Positions 1-9,906 of a stretch of 64,000 nt of DNA are shown one piece after another. Under the pieces are notes generated by a model. It worked only from the letters and a program-made list of their open reading frames with translations, was not told the origin of the DNA and did not search any database. The stretch lies in the NCBI GenBank assembly GCA_028825115.1, contig JAPKAV010000002.1:37189-101188 (forward strand), given 5' to 3'. The stretch's first letter is position 1; each line of letters opens with the position of its first letter. The position numbers and the translations under genes are program-made. Source of the DNA: Candidatus Nanopelagicales bacterium. Lineage in GTDB: Bacteria; Actinomycetota; Actinomycetes; S36-B12.

Positions 1-45
1 GTCAATGTGGGCACAGGGCCCAACTGGGATGCCGCCGCCCATTAA
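1..45 (+). CDS. polA: DNA polymerase I, extreme 3' end (partial, runs off window start)
   Basis: Frame 1 reads VNVGTGPNWDAAAH then TAA (43-45). This resembles the conserved PolA C-terminus (E. coli ends ...VGSGENWDQAH). polA-rpsA-coaE-uvrB is the mycobacterial gene order. Confidence 0.6.
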   Translation, partial: VNVGTGPNWDAAAH

Positions 46-161
46 GAATTGGGGAGCCATTAGGCTCGCGAGGTTCCATCCGTTCGGGGATCAGACCGAG
101 AATTCCCACAAAAAGTGCGCGTGGACAACCACAACACCTATCCACCGGAGCCACTTTCTCC

Positions 162-1619
162 ATGACTACACCAATCGGAACCTCAACCGCCCCCCAAATT
201 GCCATCAATGACATTGGCACCGCCGAGGATTTCCTCGCGGCAATAGATGCCACAATCAAGTACTTCAATGACGGAGATCTCGTCGAAGGAACCGTGGTTA
301 AAGTCGACCGAGACGAAGTGCTCCTTGACATTGGCTACAAAACAGAGGGTGTAATACCTTCCCGGGAACTTTCCATTAAGCACGACGTTGACCCCAGTGA
401 AGTGGTGTCCGTTGGTGATAGCGTGGAAGCACTTGTTCTCACAAAAGAGGATAAAGAGGGCCGCTTGATTCTGTCCAAGAAGCGCGCACAGTACGAGCGG
501 GCATGGGGCACGATTGAGAAGATCAAGGAAGAAGATGGCGTTGTCGAAGGGCTCGTGATCGAGGTCGTCAAAGGCGGCTTGATCGTTGACATTGGTCTGC
601 GTGGCTTCCTCCCTGCGTCACTCGTTGAAATGCGCCGCGTTCGTGATCTACAGCCTTATATTGGCAAGACCCTTGAGGCAAAGATTATTGAACTGGATAA
701 AAATCGGAATAACGTCGTGCTTTCTCGCCGCTCGTACCTGGAAAAGACGCAAAGTCTGGTGCGCCAAACATTCTTGAATCAACTGCAGCGAGGCCAAATT
801 CGTAACGGCGTTGTATCCAGCATCGTCAATTTTGGTGCATTCGTTGATTTGGGGGGCGTGGATGGTCTCGTTCACGTTTCCGAGTTGTCGTGGAAGCACA
901 TTGACCACCCTTCCGAGGTTGTGCAAGTGGGCGATGAAGTCACGGTTGAGGTTCTCGAAGTTGATATGGACCGCGAGCGCGTGTCACTTTCGCTCAAATC
1001 AACTCAAGAAGACCCTTGGCAGCACTTCGCTCGTACCCACGGGATTAACCAAGTTGTTCCCGGCAAGGTAACTAAGTTGGTTCCATTTGGTGCGTTTGTC
1101 CGCGTTGACGAGGGTATTGAGGGTTTGGTTCACATTTCCGAGCTTGCCGAGCGTCACATCGAGATGCCCGAGCAAATTGTGCAAGTCAATGATGACATTT
1201 TTGTCAGAGTAATCGATATTGATCTCGAGCGTCGCCGCATATCGTTGTCACTTAAGCAGGCAAATGATTCCTCCGACGCGCAGGCTGTTGAAGAGTTCGA
1301 TCCTTATCTGTACGGCATGGCACCGGCTTTCGACGAGGCTGGCAATTACACAGGGCCTGCCGGATTTGACCCTGAGACGGGTGAATGGAAGACTGGATTT
1401 GAGGAACAGCGTACGGAGTGGGAGCGCGAATACGCCGAAGCCCATGCACGTTGGGAAGCGCACCGCAAGCAAATGACGGACGCGAAGGAGGCTGACGAGG
1501 CTGCAGCTGTTGACTCGGGCGAGGCCAGTGCCTACTCATCTGATTCAGTGTCTAAAGAGGGAACCTTGGCTGACGATTCCTCTCTCCAAGCCCTTCGGGA
1601 CAAGCTTACTACCGATTAG
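162..1619 (+). CDS. rpsA: 30S ribosomal protein S1
   Basis: 485-aa ORF with four repeated S1 OB-fold modules (e.g. GxVxxIVNFGAFVDLGGVDGLVHVSEL) and an acidic C-terminal tail typical of actinobacterial S1. Confidence 0.97.
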   Translation: MTTPIGTSTAPQIAINDIGTAEDFLAAIDATIKYFNDGDLVEGTVVKVDRDEVLLDIGYKTEGVIPSRELSIKHDVDPSEVVSVGDSVEALVLTKEDKEGRLILSKKRAQYERAWGTIEKIKEEDGVVEGLVIEVVKGGLIVDIGLRGFLPASLVEMRRVRDLQPYIGKTLEAKIIELDKNRNNVVLSRRSYLEKTQSLVRQTFLNQLQRGQIRNGVVSSIVNFGAFVDLGGVDGLVHVSELSWKHIDHPSEVVQVGDEVTVEVLEVDMDRERVSLSLKSTQEDPWQHFARTHGINQVVPGKVTKLVPFGAFVRVDEGIEGLVHISELAERHIEMPEQIVQVNDDIFVRVIDIDLERRRISLSLKQANDSSDAQAVEEFDPYLYGMAPAFDEAGNYTGPAGFDPETGEWKTGFEEQRTEWEREYAEAHARWEAHRKQMTDAKEADEAAAVDSGEASAYSSDSVSKEGTLADDSSLQALRDKLTTD

Positions 1620-1635
1620 TTTCGTGGCTGACCAC

Positions 1636-2247
1636 ATGCCTTTTGTCGTCGGACTCACCGGTGGCGTTGGCTCGGGTAAGTCAACTGCAGCGTCGTGCTT
1701 TAAAAAGCATGGCGCTGTTGTTGTTGACGCTGACGCAATTTCACGCACTCTCACTAAAAGCGGGTCGCCAGTTATTGAGGAAATATCGATGACCTTCGGG
1801 GCTCAAATCCTTCATGTTGATGGTTCCCTCAATCGCTCGGCGCTCGCGGCCCTTGTTTTTGGCGATTCGACAGCTCTGAACAAACTCAACACAATTATGC
1901 ACCCAAAAATTCGACGAGAGGCCACTCGTCAAATTGAGACGTGCGCATCAGATGAAATAGTGGTGTACGACATGCCATTACTGATTGAGACAGATTCAGT
2001 CAAGCTGTGTGATGTCGTCATCGTGGTCGATCTTGACCCCGATGAGCAGATTGAGCGGCTTGTCAAGAATCGCGGAATGAGCCCCGAAGAGGCGCGCGCA
2101 CGAATTCGAAATCAGGCTAGCCGAGATCAGCGGAACCTAGTAGCTACTTGGGTATTAGATAACAGTAAGACGACAAGCGATCTTCAACAGGAATGTGCTT
2201 CCGTGTGGCTGGGCATTGTGGAACGAGCAGTTAAGGCGAGGTCGTGA
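1636..2247 (+). CDS. coaE: dephospho-CoA kinase
   Basis: P-loop [13 protein letters not shown] lies directly after ATG 1636 (GTG 1624 is an alternative). The longer listed ORF from 1510 overlaps rpsA and is rejected. The stop overlaps the uvrB GTG (GTGA). Confidence 0.9.
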   Translation: MPFVVGLTGGVGSGKSTAASCFKKHGAVVVDADAISRTLTKSGSPVIEEISMTFGAQILHVDGSLNRSALAALVFGDSTALNKLNTIMHPKIRREATRQIETCASDEIVVYDMPLLIETDSVKLCDVVIVVDLDPDEQIERLVKNRGMSPEEARARIRNQASRDQRNLVATWVLDNSKTTSDLQQECASVWLGIVERAVKARS

Positions 2248-4292
2248 CTCGGCCGATCACAGATCTCACTCGAACGGTTGCTCCATTTGAGGTGATTTCG
2301 CCGTTTGAACCGGCGGGAGATCAGCCAGCGGCGATCGAAGCACTGGTTAATCGGATCCAATCCGGCGAGAAAAATTCCGTTCTTTTGGGGGCAACCGGCA
2401 CCGGTAAGAGTGCCACGACGGCGTGGCTGGTGGAAAGGTTGCAGAGGCCGACATTGGTCATGGCGCCGAATAAGACACTTGCGGCACAACTCGCCACCGA
2501 ATTTCGAGAACTGTTGCCGAACAATGCGGTCGAGTACTTTGTTTCTTACTACGACTATTACCAACCAGAGGCATACGTTCCACAATCTGACACCTTTATC
2601 GAAAAGGACTCCACTGTCAACGAGGAAGTCGAACGGTTGCGACACTCGGCGACGAATAGCCTGCTCACCCGACGTGACGTGATCGTAGTGGCCACGGTTT
2701 CTGCAATTTACGGCCTAGGTACACCACAGGAGTACGTAGATCGGATGATCCGACTCAGGGTGGGTGAGGAATTTTCCCGCGATTCGCTATTGAGAAGTCT
2801 GGTAGGGATTCAATACACCCGAAATGACATCGCGTTTACCCGCGGGACTTTTCGGGTCCGGGGCGACACCGTGGAAGTTTTTCCCGTGTACGAAGAGAAT
2901 CCCGTACGAATCGAAATGTTCGGCGATGAAATTGAACGGATGATGACTCTGCATCCGCTCACCGGTGAAATCCTCACTGAGGACCAAGAGATGTATGTGT
3001 TTCCGGCAACACATTACGTTGCAGGTCCAGAGCGCATGTCGCGCGCAATTGGTGAGATTCAAGTCGAGTTGGAAGAGCGAGTTGCTGAATTTGAAAAACA
3101 GGGAAAGCTTCTTGAAGCTCAGCGCATTAAAATGCGCACGACCTTCGACATCGAAATGATGCAACAAGTCGGTTTTTGTTCAGGAATCGAGAATTACAGC
3201 CGGCTCATTGACGGACGCGATGCGGGCAGTGCGCCACATTGTCTGATCGACTATTTCCCCGAAGACTACCTACTCGTCATTGACGAATCTCACGTAAGTG
3301 TACCGCAAATTGGAGCTATGTTTCAGGGGGACGCCAGCCGTAAACGCACACTTGTGGAGCATGGATTTAGATTGCCCAGCGCAATGGACAATCGGCCTCT
3401 CAAGTGGCAAGAGTTCGAGGAGCGAATTGGCCAGGCGGTCTATTTGTCGGCGACCCCCGGACCCTACGAACTTACGGCCGTTGAGGGCGATGTAATCGAG
3501 CAGGTGATTCGGCCAACAGGTCTGGTGGATCCTCAGGTTGTGATCAAGGCGACCAAGGGTCAAGTCGATGATTTGATGCACGAAATCCGCATTCGCGTGG
3601 ACAAGAATGAGCGGGTGCTGGTAACAACATTGACAAAGCGCATGTCGGAGGATCTGACCAATTATTTGTCTGAGCACGGAATCAAGGTGGAGTATCTGCA
3701 TTCTGAAGTGGACACGCTTCGTCGCGTAGAACTGCTCCGGGAATTGCGGCTGGGGGTCTTCGACGTTCTTGTGGGCATTAACCTTTTACGCGAAGGACTC
3801 GATTTGCCCGAGGTATCTCTCGTCGCGATCCTTGATGCTGACAAAGAGGGTTTCCTGCGGTCGGGTACGTCGCTGATCCAAACCATTGGGCGCGCTGCAA
3901 GAAATGTGAATGGCGAAGTTCACATGTATGCCGACAAGATCACCGACTCCATGGCCAAGGCGATCGACGAGACGAATCGTCGTCGGGCAAAGCAAGTCGC
4001 GTACAACAAAGAGATGGGTGTAGATCCGCAACCGCTACGAAAGAGGATTGCAGACATCACTGAGCTGCTGGCTCGTGAAGAAGAAGACACAGCGATACTG
4101 GTTAGCCGCGAGAAGCCGCAGGCCAAAAGACACACTCCAAGCGGAGACCTGGTGGTGTTGATTCAGGAGCTGACCGACCAAATGCGCGCGGCTGCAGGGG
4201 AATTGCAGTTTGAACTGGCTGCTCGTTTGCGTGACGAGATCGGAGATCTTAAAAAAGAGTTACGGGGAATGCAGTCTGCCGAGGCCAACTAA
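2244..4292 (+). CDS. uvrB: excinuclease ABC subunit B
   Basis: 682 aa with Walker A GATGTGKS, helicase motifs, and a C-terminal UVR motif ([18 protein letters not shown]). Confidence 0.97.
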   Translation: MTRPITDLTRTVAPFEVISPFEPAGDQPAAIEALVNRIQSGEKNSVLLGATGTGKSATTAWLVERLQRPTLVMAPNKTLAAQLATEFRELLPNNAVEYFVSYYDYYQPEAYVPQSDTFIEKDSTVNEEVERLRHSATNSLLTRRDVIVVATVSAIYGLGTPQEYVDRMIRLRVGEEFSRDSLLRSLVGIQYTRNDIAFTRGTFRVRGDTVEVFPVYEENPVRIEMFGDEIERMMTLHPLTGEILTEDQEMYVFPATHYVAGPERMSRAIGEIQVELEERVAEFEKQGKLLEAQRIKMRTTFDIEMMQQVGFCSGIENYSRLIDGRDAGSAPHCLIDYFPEDYLLVIDESHVSVPQIGAMFQGDASRKRTLVEHGFRLPSAMDNRPLKWQEFEERIGQAVYLSATPGPYELTAVEGDVIEQVIRPTGLVDPQVVIKATKGQVDDLMHEIRIRVDKNERVLVTTLTKRMSEDLTNYLSEHGIKVEYLHSEVDTLRRVELLRELRLGVFDVLVGINLLREGLDLPEVSLVAILDADKEGFLRSGTSLIQTIGRAARNVNGEVHMYADKITDSMAKAIDETNRRRAKQVAYNKEMGVDPQPLRKRIADITELLAREEEDTAILVSREKPQAKRHTPSGDLVVLIQELTDQMRAAAGELQFELAARLRDEIGDLKKELRGMQSAEAN

Positions 4293-4295
4293 GAC

Positions 4296-5273
4296 ATGGA
4301 AACTTCTCTTAACCTTTGGTTAATCACGATTGCCGGAATAGTTGCACTGATGGCTATCGATTTTTTTGCAATTACACGCAAACCGCACGAGGTCAAGTTC
4401 AAGGAAGCATTGTGGTCTTCAATATTTTATGTTGGTATCGCAATTGCATTTGGTGTGCTCATCTATCTGTGGCAGGGCTCTGAGTACGGTACGCAATATT
4501 TTGCTGCCTACCTGGTGGAGAAGTCACTTAGTGTCGATAACCTTTTCGTCTTCATCATAATTCTCACCCAATTCTCGGTTCCATTCAATCTGCACCAACG
4601 GGTCCTCTTGGTGGGAGTAGCTCTCGCGATTGTTTTGCGCGGAGTTTTTATCGCCATTGGCGCGAGTGCCCTCGCCTTATTCTCGTTCACCTTCGCAATT
4701 TTCGGAGCCATACTGGTGTGGACAGGCGTACAGCTCATGCGACACCGCAATGATGACTCCGACCCTCACGACAACCTCCTAGTGCGGACTGTTCGAAAGC
4801 GGTATCGATTTTCAGAGGCCTACCATGGCACCTCGCTGTTCATCACAGAGAACGGACTGAGATACGCAACGCCGCTATTGCTCGTAATGTTTGCCATTGG
4901 CACTACAGATCTGATCTTTGCACTTGATTCCATTCCGGCGACGTTTGGCGTTACTCAGGAGCCCTATTTGGTCTTCACGGTAAATGCATTTGCACTGTTG
5001 GGATTACGGGCTTTGTACTTCTTATTGCGAGGGCTGTTGGACAAAGTGATTTACTTGTCCTTTGGTCTGTCAATCATCTTGGTCTTTATTGGTCTTAAGC
5101 TTTTCTTGACCTATTTTCATGAGTTGAATAATTTAATTCCGAAGATTTCCACCAATGTCAGTCTGGTAGCTATCACCCTCGTGCTTGTTGCGGTCGCTAT
5201 AGCTTCGGCTGTCAAAATTAGGTCAGACCCGACGCCGCGAGATGATCGGGGGACTGGCGGGCCGTCGGGTTGA
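4296..5273 (+). CDS. TerC family integral membrane protein
   Basis: 325-aa multipass membrane ORF with a TerC-type signature (YLVEKSLSVDNLFVF) and a second repeat half (TTDLIFALDSIPA). It starts 3 nt after the uvrB stop. Confidence 0.85.
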   Translation: METSLNLWLITIAGIVALMAIDFFAITRKPHEVKFKEALWSSIFYVGIAIAFGVLIYLWQGSEYGTQYFAAYLVEKSLSVDNLFVFIIILTQFSVPFNLHQRVLLVGVALAIVLRGVFIAIGASALALFSFTFAIFGAILVWTGVQLMRHRNDDSDPHDNLLVRTVRKRYRFSEAYHGTSLFITENGLRYATPLLLVMFAIGTTDLIFALDSIPATFGVTQEPYLVFTVNAFALLGLRALYFLLRGLLDKVIYLSFGLSIILVFIGLKLFLTYFHELNNLIPKISTNVSLVAITLVLVAVAIASAVKIRSDPTPRDDRGTGGPSG

Positions 5274-5366
5274 CTCCGATGGGGGCGGGCAGTCACTTGT
5301 TCCTATTGTTTGCGGGTCGGGATGCCTGCAAACATGGGATACTAATTAAGAGACGAGGAGTAGTTA

Positions 5367-5957
5367 GTGGGTTTTTTCTGCAAGAAGGTTAATGGTTACG
5401 TGATCAAGCCGGGGGCGAACTTGACACTCGCAAACTTCTCTGGTGCGAACCTCACCGGAGCGAACCTGAACAAGGCGAAACTAAACGATGCGGACCTGAC
5501 CCGCGCGATCCTGACACTCGCGGACCTAAGAGGTGCGGACCTCAGGGGTGCGGACCTCAGGGGTGCGGACCTCAGGGGTGCGTTCCTGCCACACGCAGAC
5601 CTGATGGACGCTGACCTAAGAGATGCAAACTTGTCCGGTGCGACCCTGTACCGCGCAAACTACTCCCGCGCGAATCTGAGGGGCGCGACCCGGACCGGTG
5701 TCAACTTGTCCGGTGCGAACTTGTCCGGTGCGACCCTGTCCCGCGCGAAGCTGGCCTACGCGAACCTGACTGGGACGGCCCTGGGCATGGCGAATCTCTC
5801 TGGTGCGGACCTCACAGGTGCGGACCTGACTCGCGCAAACCTAGTCGGCGCGAATCTGTCCGGCGTGGATACGAGTCGTTTATTCATGTTTAACACCATT
5901 ATGCCAGACGGTCGCATCGCCTTGGACATAGGAACCCTCAGAGAATTCAGATGGTGA
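5367..5957 (+). CDS. pentapeptide repeat protein
   Basis: 196 aa, almost entirely A(D/N)LxG/A(D/N)LxR pentapeptides. It ends in the typical ...NTIMPDG tail. GTG start with GAGGAG 6 nt upstream. Confidence 0.9.
   Translation: MGFFCKKVNGYVIKPGANLTLANFSGANLTGANLNKAKLNDADLTRAILTLADLRGADLRGADLRGADLRGAFLPHADLMDADLRDANLSGATLYRANYSRANLRGATRTGVNLSGANLSGATLSRAKLAYANLTGTALGMANLSGADLTGADLTRANLVGANLSGVDTSRLFMFNTIMPDGRIALDIGTLREFRW
5532..5576 (+). repeat. three perfect tandem copies of a 15-bp unit (ggtgcggacctcagg = GADLR) inside the pentapeptide gene
   Basis: Direct read: identical 15-mers at 5532-5546, 5547-5561 and 5562-5576, flanked by degenerate copies. A second perfect doublet aacttgtccggtgcg lies at 5703-5732. 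A 30-nt block at 5628-5657 recurs at 5718-5747 with 2 mismatches. Confidence 0.95.
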
Positions 5958-5970
5958 GGTTCACATTGGC

Positions 5971-5990
5971 AGATCCTCGCGGGTCTTTTA
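5971..5990 (+). terminator. weak candidate intrinsic terminator after the pentapeptide gene
   Basis: agatc-ctcgcg-ggtct (5-bp stem including one G-U) followed by ttta. It lies in the 56-bp convergent gap. Marginal. Confidence 0.25.
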
Positions 5991-6013
5991 TGTTCCGGAG
6001 TAAGGTTTGCCGT

Positions 6014-6673
6014 TCACCACCGACGCTCCCACCATTGTTCGAGTTGGGGGCGTTCGTTCCCGAGTGTTGTATCGAAGCCGTGTCCCGGATAGACCCAAGT
6101 GTCGTCTTTTAACTGGTCGAAAGCCTTTTCCACGACTCCTCGATAGAGTGAGTCGAAATCTTCTTCACTTGTTGTCCGGCCTAAGCCTCCCGGGAATAGG
6201 CAGTCCCCTGAAAAAAGATGGCTGTGGCCGAATGGGTCCTCGTATATGAACATGCTCGCGCCGGGCGTATGTCCACCAGGCGTGACTACCTGCACGGTGA
6301 CATCGCCGAATGTCACAGTTGATCCTGGCTCTAGCGCGTGATCTGTACTGACACTGATCATTGTGACGTCGGCATTGGGCGCGTAGGTCCTGGCCCCCGT
6401 CGCATTAGTTACCTCTGCGAGTGCCCCCCAATGATCGCGATGCCCGTGGGTGGTGAGCACTCCCATGAGTTCCTTAGGGCCAAGTAGGGTCAGGAGTCTG
6501 TCTGGCTCGGCCGCAGCATCAATGAGGACCTGCGTGCCAGTGTTTGTGCAATGCAACAGATATGAATTGTTATTGAAAGAACCCACGCTGATTTTGCTAA
6601 TAGTGAGCTTTGGCAGCTTTCGAGTCTGGGCGGGACCGCCGACGCGCGTATTACCGATATACATAATTACCAT
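6014..6673 (-). CDS. MBL-fold metallo-hydrolase (glyoxalase II-like)
   Basis: HxHxDH motif (THGHRDHW) and downstream His/Asp ligands (TPGHTPG, FSGDCLF, PGHG). The open frame extends to a GTG at 6778, but the homology-like core begins near ATG 6673 or 6664. The start is uncertain. Confidence 0.85.
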   Translation of the reverse strand: MVIMYIGNTRVGGPAQTRKLPKLTISKISVGSFNNNSYLLHCTNTGTQVLIDAAAEPDRLLTLLGPKELMGVLTTHGHRDHWGALAEVTNATGARTYAPNADVTMISVSTDHALEPGSTVTFGDVTVQVVTPGGHTPGASMFIYEDPFGHSHLFSGDCLFPGGLGRTTSEEDFDSLYRGVVEKAFDQLKDDTWVYPGHGFDTTLGNERPQLEQWWERRW

Positions 6674-6835
6674 AGTACCTATTTCCACGATACCCATGTC
6701 CGCGATACCCATCTCTGATCCATCCACAGGGTGTCGATATGCGCAGGTTCCCACAGATGCCCAATCACCGTGAGTCACCTAAGATTGTGTGGCTGGTCGA
6801 TCACAGTTGTGTGTAACACATGGAAATGAGTCAGA

Positions 6836-9673
6836 GTGGAAAAGTTAGTCATTAGGGGCGCTCGCGAGCACAATCTTAAGAACGTGTCCGTCGACCTTCC
6901 GCGGGACGCCCTGATTGTTTTCACGGGTCTTTCTGGTTCCGGAAAATCGAGTCTGGCATTCGACACAATTTTTGCCGAGGGCCAGAGGCGATATGTGGAA
7001 AGTTTGTCCGCTTACGCGAGGCAGTTTCTCGGACAGTTGGATAAGCCGGATGTAGACTTCATCGAAGGGCTCTCTCCGGCGGTTTCGATAGACCAGAAGT
7101 CAACCTCACGAAACCCTCGATCCACAGTAGGGACGATTACTGAAATTTATGACTATTTGCGGCTTTTGTATGCCCGGATTGGCAAGCCACATTGTCCACA
7201 GTGTGGCGACCCAATTGCGAGGCAAACGCCCCAACAAATTGTCGATCAAATACTTGAATTACCCACCAAGACTAAGTTTCAAATACTTGCGCCACTCATC
7301 AGAGAGCGCAAGGGGGAGTACCTCGAGGTTTTTAAGCAGCTTCAAGCCGACGGCTACTCGAGAGTAAGAGTGGATGGTGAAGTGTATTCACTTGATGAAG
7401 TTCCCACCCTCAAAAAGCAGGAAAAGCACACGATTGAAGTGGTCGTCGATCGCTTGTCGGTCAGTTCAGAATCACGACAACGCATGACTGACTCGGTGGA
7501 GACTGCGCTCTCGCTCGGTCACGGTAACGTAACTTTGGACTTTGTTGACCGGCCAGCGGGAGATCCCGATCGGGAATTGACACTGAGTGAGCACCTCGCC
7601 TGTATCCGAGACGGCTTGTCATTTGAGGAATTGGAGCCACGATCGTTTTCCTTCAACTCGCCATTTGGTGCATGCTCGGACTGCTCTGGACTAGGTGTCA
7701 CAAGGGCTGTTGATGTGGAGTTAGTTATTCCAGATTCTGCCGCCTCGTTAAATGAAGGTGCAATTGCCCCTTGGTCTCGTGGCACCGTCAGTGAATATTT
7801 TCGAAGGTTGCTTGAGTCACTCTCTGAAGAAATTGGGATCGACCTCGATACTCCGTGGTCCAAACTTAGCGCCAAAAACCGTAAATTGATTCTATATGGC
7901 ACCGATGTGCAACTTCATGTGAAGTTCAAGAACAGATATGGACGACAGCGCTCCTACTACACAACCTACGAGGGGGTCGTGAACTTCATTTCGCGTCGAC
8001 ACGCTGAGGCAGACACGGATTCCTCTCGTGAGAGATTTGAAGGCTTTATGCGTGAAGTTCCGTGTGAATCCTGTAATGGCAGCCGACTCAAGCCCTTAAC
8101 CCTTGCAGTTACCGTTTCTGATCATTCAATTGCAGAGATTGCAGCTTTGCCCATCAGCGGGGCACGAGATCTGCTTGCAACATTGAAGCTTTCCGCGCGC
8201 GATGAAACTATTGCAGCCCGAGTGCTCAAGGAAGTGAATGAGCGGCTGCAATTCTTGGTCGATGTCGGTCTGCACTATCTTTCACTTGAACGGGCTGCGG
8301 GGACGCTTGCTGGCGGAGAAGCACAGCGGATACGACTTGCGACCCAAATTGGATCGGGTCTGACGGGTGTCCTTTACGTGCTCGATGAGCCCAGCATTGG
8401 CTTGCATCAGCGCGATAACGAACGGTTAATCGCCACCTTGATCAGATTGCGCGACTTGGGGAACACACTCATCGTTGTCGAGCACGACGAGGAAACGATT
8501 CGCAGGGCGGACTGGATAGTTGATATTGGTCCTGGCGCTGGTGAGCATGGTGGTGAGGTCGTTGTTAGCGGCAAGTTCGAGGACCTGATCACGTCTAAAA
8601 AATCTGTAACGGGAGCCTATCTTTCGGGGACAAAAAGCATTGAGGCTCCGGAAGTTCGGCGCGGACAAGAGCGTGGGTGGATCGGGGTCAGAGGCGCAAA
8701 AGAGCACAACCTCCTCAATGTAGACGTTGACTTCCCATTAGGGAATCTCTGCGTTGTCAGCGGGGTAAGCGGGTCCGGTAAGTCAACGTTGGTAAATGAC
8801 GTATTGCTTAATGTTCTTGCGCGAGAGCTCAATAGCGCCTCAGTGGTCCCCGGCAAGCACACTAAGGTCACGGGGCTAGACAAAGTAGACAAAGTTGTCC
8901 ACGTTGATCAAGGACCGATTGGTCGCACGCCACGAAGCAACCCCGCGACGTACACGGGTGTCTTTGACCATGTACGCAAATTGTTTGCACAGACGCAAGA
9001 AGCAAAGATTCGTGGGTATCAGCCGGGCAGATTTAGTTTCAATGTCAAAGGTGGCCGCTGTGAGGCTTGTAGTGGCGACGGCACCCTAAAAATCGAAATG
9101 AACTTCTTGCCTGATGTGTATGTGCCGTGTGAAGTCTGCCATGGAGCACGGTACAACCGCGAAACCCTTGAAGTCCATTACAAAGGGAAAACAATCGCTG
9201 AAGTTCTCAATATGCCGATTGAGGAAGCAAGTGAATTTTTTGCTGCCATTCCCGCAATTGCGCGACATTTAAAAACTTTAGTGGAAGTCGGCTTGGGCTA
9301 TGTCCGCATGGGTCAATCAGCTCCCACCCTCTCCGGCGGTGAAGCACAGCGCGTGAAACTCTCCGCCGAGCTTCAGAAGCGGTCGACCGGGCGCACCATC
9401 TACATCCTCGATGAACCCACAACTGGGCTGCACTTTGAGGATATCCGCAAACTGTTACTGGTTCTGCAGAGTTTGGTGGACAAGGGCAACAGTGTGATTG
9501 TGATCGAGCACAATCTGGATGTGATTAAATCGGCGGACTGGATCATTGACATGGGACCTGAGGGGGGTTCGGGCGGTGGCCAGGTTGTTGCCGAGGGGAC
9601 ACCGATCGATATCGCGGCAGTCGAGTCAAGTCACACTGGAAAATTCCTGAAAAATATGAAACTAAAGGGGTAA
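6836..9673 (+). CDS. uvrA: excinuclease ABC subunit A
   Basis: 945 aa with two ABC ATPase modules ([18 protein letters not shown]; LSGGEAQR twice) and CxxC zinc-finger pairs. Confidence 0.97.
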   Translation: MEKLVIRGAREHNLKNVSVDLPRDALIVFTGLSGSGKSSLAFDTIFAEGQRRYVESLSAYARQFLGQLDKPDVDFIEGLSPAVSIDQKSTSRNPRSTVGTITEIYDYLRLLYARIGKPHCPQCGDPIARQTPQQIVDQILELPTKTKFQILAPLIRERKGEYLEVFKQLQADGYSRVRVDGEVYSLDEVPTLKKQEKHTIEVVVDRLSVSSESRQRMTDSVETALSLGHGNVTLDFVDRPAGDPDRELTLSEHLACIRDGLSFEELEPRSFSFNSPFGACSDCSGLGVTRAVDVELVIPDSAASLNEGAIAPWSRGTVSEYFRRLLESLSEEIGIDLDTPWSKLSAKNRKLILYGTDVQLHVKFKNRYGRQRSYYTTYEGVVNFISRRHAEADTDSSRERFEGFMREVPCESCNGSRLKPLTLAVTVSDHSIAEIAALPISGARDLLATLKLSARDETIAARVLKEVNERLQFLVDVGLHYLSLERAAGTLAGGEAQRIRLATQIGSGLTGVLYVLDEPSIGLHQRDNERLIATLIRLRDLGNTLIVVEHDEETIRRADWIVDIGPGAGEHGGEVVVSGKFEDLITSKKSVTGAYLSGTKSIEAPEVRRGQERGWIGVRGAKEHNLLNVDVDFPLGNLCVVSGVSGSGKSTLVNDVLLNVLARELNSASVVPGKHTKVTGLDKVDKVVHVDQGPIGRTPRSNPATYTGVFDHVRKLFAQTQEAKIRGYQPGRFSFNVKGGRCEACSGDGTLKIEMNFLPDVYVPCEVCHGARYNRETLEVHYKGKTIAEVLNMPIEEASEFFAAIPAIARHLKTLVEVGLGYVRMGQSAPTLSGGEAQRVKLSAELQKRSTGRTIYILDEPTTGLHFEDIRKLLLVLQSLVDKGNSVIVIEHNLDVIKSADWIIDMGPEGGSGGGQVVAEGTPIDIAAVESSHTGKFLKNMKLKG

Positions 9674-9906
9674 GGCGCAGTAATATGAAAAGGTCGGATT
9701 TACTCGTGGCGGGGGTCATCACTAAGGCTCCAGCGCTGACCGGTGCCACGGGCATTTCACGTGGCAGTGAACCGGCCATGGCACCGAATCAAGACTGCAT
9801 ATTAAATCTATTTTTAGAGAGCCAATTCTTGTTTGGGTGTCACGGCTCGATCTCTTCCACACTCGACAGCGAAAAAGTCAGTTTTGACTAGGGTGCTGAG
9901 GCACTA

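Noticed and set aside
4293-4295. Looked for a yybP-ykoY (Mn) riboswitch ahead of the TerC gene.
   Set aside because: Only 3 nt separate the uvrB stop from the TerC start, so there is no space for a leader RNA.
6779-6835. Looked for actinobacterial SOS boxes (TCGAAC-N4-GTTCGA) and RecA-NDp/PafBC-type promoters (TGTC..-N8-TANNNT) upstream of uvrA, uvrC and in the uvrB approach.
   Set aside because: No match by eye. TTGTGTG repeats and TGTCACGG (near 9838) lack the required downstream TANNNT spacing.
9685-9891. 68-codon ORF in the uvrA-uvrC spacer.
   Set aside because: It has no convincing SD and no recognisable family, and its composition is not distinguishable from non-coding sequence by eye. 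It is kept only as a note under the spacer finding.
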